Part shown: one piece after another, positions 1 to 8,963 of the stretch
Numbering within the stretch: the first letter of the stretch is position 1
Layout: every line of letters starts with the position of its first letter
Origin: Myxococcales bacterium
GTDB lineage: Bacteria; Myxococcota_A; Polyangia; Polyangiales; Polyangiaceae
Length of the DNA: 64,000 nucleotides
Reading direction: 5' to 3'
Assembly: GCA_043747615.1 (NCBI GenBank)
Contig: JAYTOU010000027.1
Span: 21,589 to 85,588 of the forward strand
Translations under genes and position numbers: made by a program
Notes under the pieces: generated by a model
What the model was told of the DNA's origin: nothing
The model's input: only the letters and a program-made list of their open reading frames with translations
The model's database searches: none

Positions 1-141
1 CTTGTCGAGGAACTGCTCCTTCGACTCGCGCTGAGTGATCGCGCCGGTGATGTCCAGGATCCGGTCGGCGAGCGTGGATTTCCCGTGGTCGATGTGCGCA
101 ATGATCGAGAAATTGCGGATCTTTGACTGGGGTGTCGTCAC
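1..141 (-). CDS. lepA: Translation elongation factor 4 (LepA), N-terminal part, runs off the window edge
   Basis: Manual translation from GTG at 141: [47 protein letters not shown], the LepA G1 signature. Confidence 0.95.
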   Translation of the reverse strand, partial: MTTPQSKIRNFSIIAHIDHGKSTLADRILDITGAITQRESKEQFLDK

Positions 142-177
142 TTCAGGTGGTTCACTCGGCGAGGAAGGTCAGCGGGG

Positions 178-486
178 CTATTTGCTGAATCCTGTAGCCG
201 ATTTGTCGGCGTCCTCGACAGTACGTTCTTTGTCTCGTTCGAGCTTGTCGGACGATTCCTTCGCTGGCCTGCTCGGAGCCGGCTTCGGAGGAGCAGGAGG
301 TGGAGGCGGAATCGTGTCGAGTCCGAGCTGGCCGGGGAGCAGATGCGCGTAGTGACGGAGGACGAGATCAATGCCCTCGCGGATGTATACGGCGACCGGC
401 ACCTTCGTGCGATCGTGCAGCAACTTGAGCTTGTCGCTCTGCTCCGGTGTCACGTAGATCGTCGTGGAGATCTTCTTCCGAGACAT
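178..486 (-). CDS. Ribbon-helix-helix DNA-binding protein, CdbA-like, with Pro-rich/charged tail
   Basis: MSRKKISTTIYVTPEQSDKLKLLHDRTKVPVAVYIREGIDLVL has an RHH strand-helix-helix pattern and resembles the myxobacterial CdbA family (from memory). Confidence 0.8.
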   Translation of the reverse strand: MSRKKISTTIYVTPEQSDKLKLLHDRTKVPVAVYIREGIDLVLRHYAHLLPGQLGLDTIPPPPPAPPKPAPSRPAKESSDKLERDKERTVEDADKSATGFSK

Positions 487-723
487 CGGCGGTGCTGTCC
501 CCTCAGGGGTAAGAACATGCTTGATAACGCGCGGTTATGCGAGTGTGCGCTCCGCATCACTGCCGCCCGCCAACACGACGTACACTACGTGAACATACGT
601 GACGATTCAAGCGGCGCGCCCAAAGCCCCAGAATCCTCGAGGAACCCATTTGGCTGAGCCACGCCAGCGCACGCCGCACTGCTTGCTCCCGGGCTATCGG
701 GTTCGGTATGGTGCCTTTCGCTT

Positions 724-1512
724 ATGAAATCCCGCTCTCTGGTTTTGGCAGCCACTTCGCTCACACTTGCCGCCACGGCCGGCGTCTTCGCGTGCGGGAG
801 CGGCGAGTCGACTGTCGCGACAGAGGCAAAGCTCCCGACGGGCGCGCACACCGAATCGATGGATCACGAGGCGTGCAACGAGTCCGGCAACAAGGTCGAG
901 CTTCTGGACACCAACAACGACGGAAAGCCCGACATTCGCAGGGTATATGCCGGCGGAAAAGAGATCTGTCGGATCAGCGACTTGAACAAGGACGGCAAGC
1001 CGGAGATGTTCGAGTACTACGACGCAGCCGGCCAGTTGCGACGGCGCGAGGCGGACTACGACGACAGCGGCGTGATCGACTCGATCGAGATCTTCGAGAA
1101 CGGCAAGCTCGTTCGACGTGAGCTCGACACGAGCGGCGAGCACCGCCTCGACACGTGGGATTACTTCGACCCCGCCACCGGCAAACGCATCCGCCGCGAA
1201 CGCGACAGCATGCACACCGGCCACATCGACCAGTGGTGGACGTGGGACGGCGACAAGGTGACGATCGCCTTCGACAAGGACGGCGACGGCAAGCCCGATC
1301 CCGCAGACACGGTCGTCCTGGGTGGAACGGCGACGTCGTCCGCCTCGTCGACCGCGTTCACCGACGCGGGCCCACCGCCGAGCACGGCGTCGAGCTTCGG
1401 GATCGATGGTGGCGTTAGCGCGAGCAAGCCGGCCAGCCCGGGCACGGTCGTGGACGCCCCCGTGCTGGATGCGGGCGCGCCGAAAAAGAAGCCCAAGGAG
1501 AAGAAGAAGTGA
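724..1512 (+). CDS. Lipoprotein with tandem Dx[DN]xDG Ca-binding-like repeats
   Basis: Lipobox VFAC; repeats DTNNDGKPD, DLNKDGKPE, DYDDSGVID, DKDGDGKPD at about 23-aa spacing. Confidence 0.8.
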   Translation: MKSRSLVLAATSLTLAATAGVFACGSGESTVATEAKLPTGAHTESMDHEACNESGNKVELLDTNNDGKPDIRRVYAGGKEICRISDLNKDGKPEMFEYYDAAGQLRRREADYDDSGVIDSIEIFENGKLVRRELDTSGEHRLDTWDYFDPATGKRIRRERDSMHTGHIDQWWTWDGDKVTIAFDKDGDGKPDPADTVVLGGTATSSASSTAFTDAGPPPSTASSFGIDGGVSASKPASPGTVVDAPVLDAGAPKKKPKEKKK

Positions 1513-2297
1513 CCCGCTCTCGGCACGTCCGGCTCTGTCTCCTCGTTTCCGTGGTGGTCGCAGGCGCTGCGTGTAGTTCGTCGCAGCCCGCGCCCAAGGC
1601 GGCTTCGGTGTCCCCAGGCGGCTCGAAAGACCCTAGCAAGTGGCCTGCGGACGACAAATCCATGTGCGACTGGCGTAACAAGCCGGAGCTCGAAGTGAGC
1701 GAGACTTCCGGCCTCGGCGCCCTTCGTCCCAACGTGCGCCGCGTCTACAAGACGTACGGCGAAGGCGAGTCGCGCCGCAAGACGCTGGTGTGCCGCGAGG
1801 TCGACACAAACCTCGACGGCATCAAGGACGTCGTCCGCACGTTCAACTCGAAGGGCGAAGCGCTCCACGAAGAGGCCGACACCAACTACGACGGCAGGGT
1901 CGACGTGTGGATGTCATTCGTCGCCGGCCGGCTCGCCGAAGAAGACCTCGACACGAACTTCGACGGCAAGCCCGACGTCTGGAAATACTATTCGAACGGC
2001 CTGCTTTCCCGCGTGAAGCGCGATCGCAACCACGACGGAAATCCCGACGTGTGGGAGATCTACGCAAACGGCAGGCTCGAGCGCATGGGCGTCGACGACA
2101 GCTTCGACGGCCACGTCGACCGCTGGGACCGCGACGAGCAAGTGCGCCTCGCGAGCGAAGAAGAGGATCGCAAGGCCCGCGAAAAGCTCACGGCTGGCGA
2201 CGGCAACACCGCGCCCACCGCTGCGCCGGGCCAGGACGCGTTCATTCAGGACGCAGGCGCGCCCAAGCCCAAAGCCTCCCCTCCGAAGAAGAAGTAA
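1509..2297 (+). CDS. Paralogous lipoprotein with Dx[DN]xDG repeats
   Basis: GTGA overlap with the upstream gene; lipobox GAAC; DTNLDGIKD, DTNYDGRVD, DTNFDGKPD, DRNHDGNPD, DDSFDGHVD. Confidence 0.8.
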   Translation: MTRSRHVRLCLLVSVVVAGAACSSSQPAPKAASVSPGGSKDPSKWPADDKSMCDWRNKPELEVSETSGLGALRPNVRRVYKTYGEGESRRKTLVCREVDTNLDGIKDVVRTFNSKGEALHEEADTNYDGRVDVWMSFVAGRLAEEDLDTNFDGKPDVWKYYSNGLLSRVKRDRNHDGNPDVWEIYANGRLERMGVDDSFDGHVDRWDRDEQVRLASEEEDRKAREKLTAGDGNTAPTAAPGQDAFIQDAGAPKPKASPPKKK

Positions 2298-2311
2298 GGC
2301 CGAAGAGCCCG

Positions 2312-2665
2312 TTAGGCTTTCGAGGTACCTTCGCGCCCGTAGGCGTCCTCGAGACGGACCACGTCGTCGAGCTCGGGGGTGGAGACTTCGAGGACGTCGA
2401 CGTCCGTCACCGCCACCATGCGGTGAATGGTCAACGGCCGGCAATGGTACGTGTCGAGGTGCTTCATCCGGATGACGTTGACCTCCGCGCCTTGGCCGAT
2501 CTCGAGGTCCATCTCCCCATTCTGTACGAGAAACGTCTCTTCTTTTTTGTTGTGAAACTGGCGCGACAGCTTCTGCCCCGCGTTGATGTGGAGGATTTTC
2601 CCGACGTAGGCCGAGGCCTCCGCCCAGATGATCTCGTAGCCCCAAGGCTTTTCTACCCGTCGCAT
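2312..2665 (-). CDS. Cupin protein (mannose-6-phosphate isomerase type II C-terminal-like)
   Basis: MRRVEKPWGYE...LSRQFHNKKEET...HR...LEVSTPELDDVVRLED; start moved to ATG 2665. Confidence 0.85.
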   Translation of the reverse strand: MRRVEKPWGYEIIWAEASAYVGKILHINAGQKLSRQFHNKKEETFLVQNGEMDLEIGQGAEVNVIRMKHLDTYHCRPLTIHRMVAVTDVDVLEVSTPELDDVVRLEDAYGREGTSKA

Positions 2666-2693
2666 GCCCCTGAAATACGGTATGTGGGCGAGC

Positions 2694-3851
2694 ATGGCTA
2701 CTGAGCGACTGCAGAAAATTCTCGCGCACGGCGGGGTAGCCTCGCGCCGCGCCGCTGAAGCGCTCATCACCGCCGGCCGCGTGCGCGTCAACGGCAACGT
2801 CGTCAAAGAGCTCGGCACGAAGGCCGATCCGCACAAAGACAAGGTCGAGATCGACGGCAAGCGCGTGGTCGCAGAATCGTTCGTCTACCTCCTCGTCCAC
2901 AAACCGCGCGGCGTCGTCGCCACAATGAACGATCCGGAAGGGCGGCCCACCGTCGGCGAGCTCTTGAAGCCGGTCGGAGCGCGCGTTTACCCGATCGGAA
3001 GGCTCGATTTCGCGACGAGCGGGGTGCTCCTGTGCACGAACGACGGCGCGTTCGCGGAAGGTTTGATGCATCCCAAGAAGGCCGTTCCGAAGACGTACGT
3101 CCTCAAAGTGCAGGGCGAGATGCAGGCCAAGGACATCGAGAAGTGGCGCACCGGCATCCAGCTCGAGGACGGCATCACGCTCCCCGCCGAGGCGAAGATG
3201 ATCCGCCACGAGCAGGGCAAGACATGGCTCGAGCTCACCATCCGCGAAGGGCGAAACCAGCAGATTCGTAGGATGGGGGAGGCCGCGGGGTTCATGGTCA
3301 TGCGCCTCGCGCGCACGTCCTTCGCTGGAATCAATTCCGAAGGGGTGCGCCCTGGGCAGTGCCGTTACCTCACGCGCGAAGAGCTGATCGCCCTCAAAAA
3401 AGCGTACGGCGTGCCCACCCGCATCCCGGCGGCGCCCGAAGAAGTGGTCACCACCGCGCGCTCGGGACGATCGAATTCGGCCATGGGCTCGGTGCAGCGT
3501 TCGGGCTCGCGTCCGGCGAAACCCGAGGCGCGAACCCGAACGACGTCGCGATCCAATTCCGGTGGACGCGTGCGTCCGCGGCGCGGCGCCGAAGCAGCGA
3601 CGTCGCGCTCTGGATCAGGATCGAGGGCAGGGGCGCGGCCTGAGTCGAACGCAGGATCGAATGCGCTGCCGCAGCCGAGGTTGAGCGGAGGCTCGGCTCG
3701 AGGACGCACGCCGGAACGCACGCCCGACGAAGCACCGCGCGCCGAGGTCGGGGGGCGACGAGGGCGCGGACGAACCACGGGGACCGGCGGCGGCATCGGT
3801 GCAGAACCCGGCAATTTCAGGCTCGAACGCGGCCGACGTGGCCGCCGCTAA
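2694..3851 (+). CDS. rluB: 23S rRNA pseudouridine synthase (RluB/RsuA family) with long disordered Arg/Gly/Ser tail
   Basis: S4 domain ERLQKILAHGGVASRR, catalytic GRLD, EGRNQQIRRM. Confidence 0.9.
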   Translation: MATERLQKILAHGGVASRRAAEALITAGRVRVNGNVVKELGTKADPHKDKVEIDGKRVVAESFVYLLVHKPRGVVATMNDPEGRPTVGELLKPVGARVYPIGRLDFATSGVLLCTNDGAFAEGLMHPKKAVPKTYVLKVQGEMQAKDIEKWRTGIQLEDGITLPAEAKMIRHEQGKTWLELTIREGRNQQIRRMGEAAGFMVMRLARTSFAGINSEGVRPGQCRYLTREELIALKKAYGVPTRIPAAPEEVVTTARSGRSNSAMGSVQRSGSRPAKPEARTRTTSRSNSGGRVRPRRGAEAATSRSGSGSRAGARPESNAGSNALPQPRLSGGSARGRTPERTPDEAPRAEVGGRRGRGRTTGTGGGIGAEPGNFRLERGRRGRR

Positions 3852-3874
3852 GTTTTTTTGACGACGCGTACGAC

Positions 3875-4111
3875 TTAGCCGGCAGTCGCCCCGAACCACG
3901 CTTCGGCAATTGCCGTGAGCGCTTCTTCCGAAAGAGCCGTGCCCTCGGGAACACCGTTCGCCGCTCCAAACGAGTAGACGATGCGCCCGACCGGCACGCC
4001 GGCCAGCAGGATCGTGAACTCGTCGTTGTCGAGCGCCTGGACGGCGTACGTCTTCGTTTCGTAAGTGACGGTGCTGGCGGCGGGATCGGCGATGGGGGTC
4101 GTGGTCGTCAT
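3875..4111 (-). CDS. Small hypothetical protein
   Basis: Fills the intergenic space with normal codon usage; SD-poor start. Confidence 0.6.
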   Translation of the reverse strand: MTTTTPIADPAASTVTYETKTYAVQALDNDEFTILLAGVPVGRIVYSFGAANGVPEGTALSEEALTAIAEAWFGATAG

Positions 4112-4141
4112 GGAAGGCGAGCACCTACGACGATCGCTCGC

Positions 4142-7072
4142 TCACGGCAAGTAGGGGGTTGCGTCGTGCTCCGACCTCGCGGCGGGGCGGGCCACCGCTG
4201 CGAAGGGATCTGCGATCTCCGTGGGCAGCGACCAATCGTTCTGAAAAAAGCCGCCGGCGAGCACCATCCCTGCGCTCAAGTTCATTTGCCCACGAGCAGG
4301 AGCGACGCGCTCGTCGTAGACGATGAAGTCCGGCAAGAGATCGGGGAGTGAAAGCGAGCGCCATGTGCCGAGCGCGCCGACGCCCTCCACGACCACCAGG
4401 TAGCGATCCGTGCGCCGAGGGTTCGGGCGAATGAACGCCGCACCCACCTGCGAGCCCGTAAAGCGGCGGCCGCCCGCCGTGACGATCGCCTCCCCGTCGA
4501 CGCGAATCGGAAGGTCGGCCTCCAGCGCCCGCAGGACGATGTTCGACCGAGAATTCCCGACTAGAAACAGCGCATGGTCATTTGCGACTGACTCGCCGCG
4601 CGCCGTAAACTCGACGTCGCTCATCATCGGATAGTGGACGTCGACGCCCCAGCGAATCTGTGCCCACGCCCGCGCGACCTCTTCGTTGGCGCGGGTCTGC
4701 TGTGGGTCGCTAGCGCCGTACACGAAGAGGAGTGGCGCATGGAAGGCATCGCGTAGCGGTCCGGTGATCTCGCCGTGCTTGAAGACTCCTTCGTGCACCG
4801 CCGGCCCCGCCTTCCAGGTGTCCTCCTCGCGATGAAGCGAGAGCGGGTCCTCCGGAGGAAAAACGAGGGCTGTCCCGTCCACGACGACCGTCAGCGGCTT
4901 CGTCGCGTCGACGAGCAGCGGATCGCGATCGAGGGAGATGGCCGTCGTACTCTTTGTCGTGAGCTCGATCCGGGTTCGCGTTCGCACCCGCGCTTCGATC
5001 TCTGCCCAGGTTCCCGGCGCCGCAAGCTCGCCCACGTGGAGCCAAGCGTCGTTGCTGTCGCGAAGGCGCATCGTGCGAAAGCGAATTTGTGTCGGGTGAA
5101 GGTTCGTCGGCTTTTGCGCGAGGAGCCACTTGGCGCCTTTCAGCTCCTCGTACGTCGTCTGCCAGACGTTGTGACCGAGCGGAGGATGCTCGTGGATCAC
5201 GTTGTATTTTAGGCTCTCGTAGCGCTCGATGAGCACGCCGCTGTTCGACTCCGGGAGGTCTTGCGTGCCGTGAACGACGTAGAGCGGGAGGTTCTTTCCG
5301 TTCCATGCCCAGAAGACGTTGGAGCGCTCTTCGGCGAGAGATTTTTCCCAGGGACGAAGCGGCCGCCCGATGAAATCACGCCGCACGAAGTAGCTGTGAT
5401 ACCCGCAGAGCGGAGCTGCCGCCGCGAAGGTGTCGGGATGGCGGAGCGCAAGTGCCGCCGCTCCGATCCCTCCCATGGAGGGGCCGGTGATCGTGATCCG
5501 TGAGCGATCGATCGGGTAGAGCGCGGCGATCTCCTCGATGGCGCGCATGACGTCGTCCTGCCCGAGGTGGCGGTACATGGTGTTGCCGTGGCCGTTCGGC
5601 GTGACCACGATCGCGTCGAGGGGAGGGAGCGGACCCACGTGGCGATCTTCCCAATCCTGGTCTTTTTTCGGGTCATCCGCGCCAAAGAACCAGCGGAGCA
5701 TGGCCATCGGGTGGCCGTTGAGGCCATGAAGCGCGACTACCAGAGGGTACTTGCGACCCGCGCCGCGCCGGTATTCGGGCGGGAGGTAAACTCCGTACTC
5801 AGCGAGCTCACCGTCAACGGGAGACCGGTAGGCACGGCGGATCGGGCCGGTGCGGTTCGCGTACGGATCGAGTTTTTTCTCGAGGGCGGTGGCGGCGTCG
5901 CTCAGCTCCTGCGCGTCCGCGAGCTGCGACTCGATGTCGCCGTCTCCGTGCGTCGTGAAGTTGACGAGCCGTTCTCGAAGGTGGGTGACGCTCTCGATCG
6001 AGCCGCGCGCGAGCGAAGGAGGGAGAGTCGCCTGGCCAAGAACACGGTCGATGCGCCCGACGGCCTCGCGCACGACGCGACGCGGGTAAAAAGGCGCTTT
6101 TACGCTTCGCTCAGCGACTGTGAGCTCGTATGTCCAATTCTGATCTTCAATGCGAGGAAGATCTGCCTGCGCGATGGACGGCAGCACGGCCACCATCTCC
6201 CCCGACTCCGGCGAGATCCCTCCTGCGTTGACGTCGAAGAAGACGTCGCCCTTCGCGCTGACGAGCTTGGCTTGCACTCCGAGCGTAACGCCGAGGGGGA
6301 TGCCCTCTGGAAATCGGACGGTGAGCCTTGGTCGGTAGTGGTCGGCGGTGAGCCCGCGATCGACGGACACCCACGACATCTTCGCGGCGAGCGCGCGCGT
6401 GTCCCCTTCGCGCGTGCCGGGCAGGGCCAGGTACGAGCCTGGTGGAGGTTGGAGCGCGGCGTCGACGAGCCTGACGTGAAGCGCCCAGCCGGCGTCGCGC
6501 TGATGAAGCTTGAGGACGACCGCGTGATCACCCGCCGTCAGATCGAGCGGAACGAGATCGTCGTCATCACGCTCCGGACGCGACTCATCCCGCGTAAAAA
6601 TAGGCTTTCCGTCGACGATTACCCGGAGGCCGTCGTCCGCTCCGATGAGCAGAAAGAAGCGCCCCGCACGCTCGACGTGGAGCGTTGCGGCCGCGTATGC
6701 GACCAGATCGCTCTCCCGTGATTGGAGCGCGGCGCGCACGTCGATCGGGCCTTCACCGCTGGAGGCGATGAGCCATCTTGGAGGATCTTTGATCTTTTCG
6801 TTCGGAGGCGGTCCCCACGCCGCCCCGAAATTAGGCGCGATCGTCGCCTCGTTCAGCCCCGGCGGCGGCTGCGTGAGAGCTTCGGGACCTGACGGCGCAG
6901 GCTTCGTCCCGTACGTGGACGAGCGGTAGGGCCCGATGATCAGCCACGCGCCGAGGCTTCCATTCTTCGCGGGCGCGAGGCGCAGCTCGCTGGCGTGGGC
7001 GGCGGGGGTCGCGAGCACGCTCGAGGGCAACACCAAGAGCGACAGAACAGCGAGGGGCTTCAACACGTTCAT
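4142..7072 (-). CDS. Secreted multidomain alpha/beta-hydrolase (S9 peptidase/esterase-like) with N-terminal PA14-like beta-sandwich
   Basis: Signal peptide MNVLKPLAVLSLL; YPLVVALHG, GPSMGG nucleophile, HGTQD, GHNVW; GADDGLRVIVDG PA14-like motif. Confidence 0.8.
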   Translation of the reverse strand: MNVLKPLAVLSLLVLPSSVLATPAAHASELRLAPAKNGSLGAWLIIGPYRSSTYGTKPAPSGPEALTQPPPGLNEATIAPNFGAAWGPPPNEKIKDPPRWLIASSGEGPIDVRAALQSRESDLVAYAAATLHVERAGRFFLLIGADDGLRVIVDGKPIFTRDESRPERDDDDLVPLDLTAGDHAVVLKLHQRDAGWALHVRLVDAALQPPPGSYLALPGTREGDTRALAAKMSWVSVDRGLTADHYRPRLTVRFPEGIPLGVTLGVQAKLVSAKGDVFFDVNAGGISPESGEMVAVLPSIAQADLPRIEDQNWTYELTVAERSVKAPFYPRRVVREAVGRIDRVLGQATLPPSLARGSIESVTHLRERLVNFTTHGDGDIESQLADAQELSDAATALEKKLDPYANRTGPIRRAYRSPVDGELAEYGVYLPPEYRRGAGRKYPLVVALHGLNGHPMAMLRWFFGADDPKKDQDWEDRHVGPLPPLDAIVVTPNGHGNTMYRHLGQDDVMRAIEEIAALYPIDRSRITITGPSMGGIGAAALALRHPDTFAAAAPLCGYHSYFVRRDFIGRPLRPWEKSLAEERSNVFWAWNGKNLPLYVVHGTQDLPESNSGVLIERYESLKYNVIHEHPPLGHNVWQTTYEELKGAKWLLAQKPTNLHPTQIRFRTMRLRDSNDAWLHVGELAAPGTWAEIEARVRTRTRIELTTKSTTAISLDRDPLLVDATKPLTVVVDGTALVFPPEDPLSLHREEDTWKAGPAVHEGVFKHGEITGPLRDAFHAPLLFVYGASDPQQTRANEEVARAWAQIRWGVDVHYPMMSDVEFTARGESVANDHALFLVGNSRSNIVLRALEADLPIRVDGEAIVTAGGRRFTGSQVGAAFIRPNPRRTDRYLVVVEGVGALGTWRSLSLPDLLPDFIVYDERVAPARGQMNLSAGMVLAGGFFQNDWSLPTEIADPFAAVARPAARSEHDATPYLP

Positions 7073-7079
7073 CGTGTGA

Positions 7080-8009
7080 CTACGGAGCGACGCAGCACGT
7101 GTAGTAACTGGGAAGGGGCGAGCCTTCGCTGATCGGTTGGCAAATGGTCTGGTCGACACACGGCTTGCGATCCTCACAGAGGACCATGGACATGATGCAC
7201 TTGCTTCGGGGCACGCACTGCGCGCCGCTCACCACGGAGGTTCCGAAGTTGCAGAAGCCTTGCAGTCCGGCGACGCAACAAATCGCCGCTCCTCCGTTGT
7301 CACCCGGCACCCCGGCGCAGTCGCTGTCGTCATCGCAGTAAAGGACGGAGCTAGTGGGAGGGCACGCGCTCACGTCTTTGCATTCGCCCGAGGCTTTTTT
7401 CCTCGTGGAATCTGGGCTTAGGCAGCACACCGCGCCCGTCGTCTGACAGCGCACGGCGTTGTCTCCGCAGCGGACCGAGGGTCCGGTCGGAGCGGCATCG
7501 GGGTCACTCTCCACGCTCGCGCGGTTGTCGAGGCACGAGCCGTTCACGCAAGTGTGAGACGAATCGCAGCCTTGGCCCATGCACTCGGTCGTGAGGTCGA
7601 CGACGACGTTCACGGAGTGGTGGGGCTCGAAGCGGATCGCGCGGCGCGCGACGATGCAGCCGGCGTAGGCGTTAGCTCGGCAGTCCTCGGGATTTCGGGT
7701 GAGCCCGGCGACGACGCGGATCCCCACTTCGTCGCCCTTCGAGGCGGTGGGAACGATCGTGAGGGTTCCGACTTGGCCGCCGCCTTCGCAGGTGGTGGTC
7801 GTCAGCGTCGGAGCCTTGCTCTCGACATCGGCTCCGGGCGCGCCCACGTAAACAGCGACCCCTTTCCACTTGGCGCAATCTGCGTTCGTGCGCACGGTGA
7901 GGGTAAGCTCCGTCGCTGAGCGGCAGCCAGCGGAAGGTCCGAAGAGGATCGCGAGGAGAGATAGGCTCGCGACGAGAGCCGCGTTGTTCGACCGCCGCTG
8001 CGGGCTCAG
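7080..8009 (-). CDS. Cys-rich putative lipoprotein (start uncertain, possibly CTG in a CTGA overlap)
   Basis: Hydrophobic signal ending SAGC; many Cys; third gene of a kinase-PEGA-lipoprotein triad. Confidence 0.7.
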   Translation of the reverse strand: MSPQRRSNNAALVASLSLLAILFGPSAGCRSATELTLTVRTNADCAKWKGVAVYVGAPGADVESKAPTLTTTTCEGGGQVGTLTIVPTASKGDEVGIRVVAGLTRNPEDCRANAYAGCIVARRAIRFEPHHSVNVVVDLTTECMGQGCDSSHTCVNGSCLDNRASVESDPDAAPTGPSVRCGDNAVRCQTTGAVCCLSPDSTRKKASGECKDVSACPPTSSVLYCDDDSDCAGVPGDNGGAAICCVAGLQGFCNFGTSVVSGAQCVPRSKCIMSMVLCEDRKPCVDQTICQPISEGSPLPSYYTCCVAP

Positions 8010-8959
8010 GGCGCGCCTACCTGACCGGGCGAGAGACTCCCGTGGCTGGCACCCTTCTCCGTTGTCAGCGCGCACGTGAGAACTATGCCGCCCGCCACCG
8101 CTCCGCCGACCGCCGTCCAGAACCACCAGCGGCTCAGGATCGACCTGGATTTCTCGAGCGGAATCGCCACTTCTCTCTTCGCACCGGCGTCGAGCACGAT
8201 GGGAACTCTCGCGTCATCGTAGCCCTCGCGTCGCACGACGAGCTCGTGTGAGCCCGCGGGGACGGTCACTTCGAGCTTCGGGCTGCTCGTTCCGATCTCT
8301 TTGCCGTCGAGCGCAACGAGCGCACCGACGGGCTCGCTGCGGATCGATAGCAGTCCGGAGGTCGACTTGCGGCTCAGCGTCACCTCGATGGCGAGCTCGC
8401 CCCCTCCCGGCAAGACCACGTCGCGCGATTCCGTGAAGAAGCCCTCGAGCTCGATTTGAATGGTCGCCGCGCCCGACGGCAGGCGCGTTGGCGGCAGTGG
8501 CGTGGTGCCGATCACTTTGTCGCGCAAGAGCACACGCGCCCCGGGAGCCTTGCACGCGAGCTTGAGCGTCGCGATCCGCGGCCGCAGCTGTGCGTAGAGA
8601 GCATCGAGCTTTCCGACTTTCGCTTTCGTCTCAGGGGTCGCGTCTTTGTCGAACGACTCGAGCGCGCGGAGAGCGTCCGGATATTCACCAAGGAACTGAT
8701 ACGCGCGCGCGATGCTGTAATTGAGCCCCGCGCTCTCCGGCGACAGACGCAGGGCCTGCTGGTAGCTCGCGAGCGCGTCGGAGTAGCGCATTCCGAGCAT
8801 GGCTTCGTTACCTTGGTCTCGCAGCTTGCTAGCGCCCTCCGCTGCGATTTGCTCGGGGGTGGACTGCGGCACGACCGGCGATGACGGGGGCGCGGCGAAT
8901 GCGGGCCGAGAGATGGCAAGCAGGGCGGCGAAGACGAGAGACGCTTTCATCTGGCTCAT
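8006..8959 (-). CDS. TPR + PEGA domain protein with C-terminal membrane segment
   Basis: Signal peptide; TPR YSDALASYQQALRLSP; PEGA motifs APGARVLL..IGTTP and SEPVGALVALDG; WWFW segment. Confidence 0.85.
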   Translation of the reverse strand: MSQMKASLVFAALLAISRPAFAAPPSSPVVPQSTPEQIAAEGASKLRDQGNEAMLGMRYSDALASYQQALRLSPESAGLNYSIARAYQFLGEYPDALRALESFDKDATPETKAKVGKLDALYAQLRPRIATLKLACKAPGARVLLRDKVIGTTPLPPTRLPSGAATIQIELEGFFTESRDVVLPGGGELAIEVTLSRKSTSGLLSIRSEPVGALVALDGKEIGTSSPKLEVTVPAGSHELVVRREGYDDARVPIVLDAGAKREVAIPLEKSRSILSRWWFWTAVGGAVAGGIVLTCALTTEKGASHGSLSPGQVGAP

Positions 8960-8963
8960 GCCT

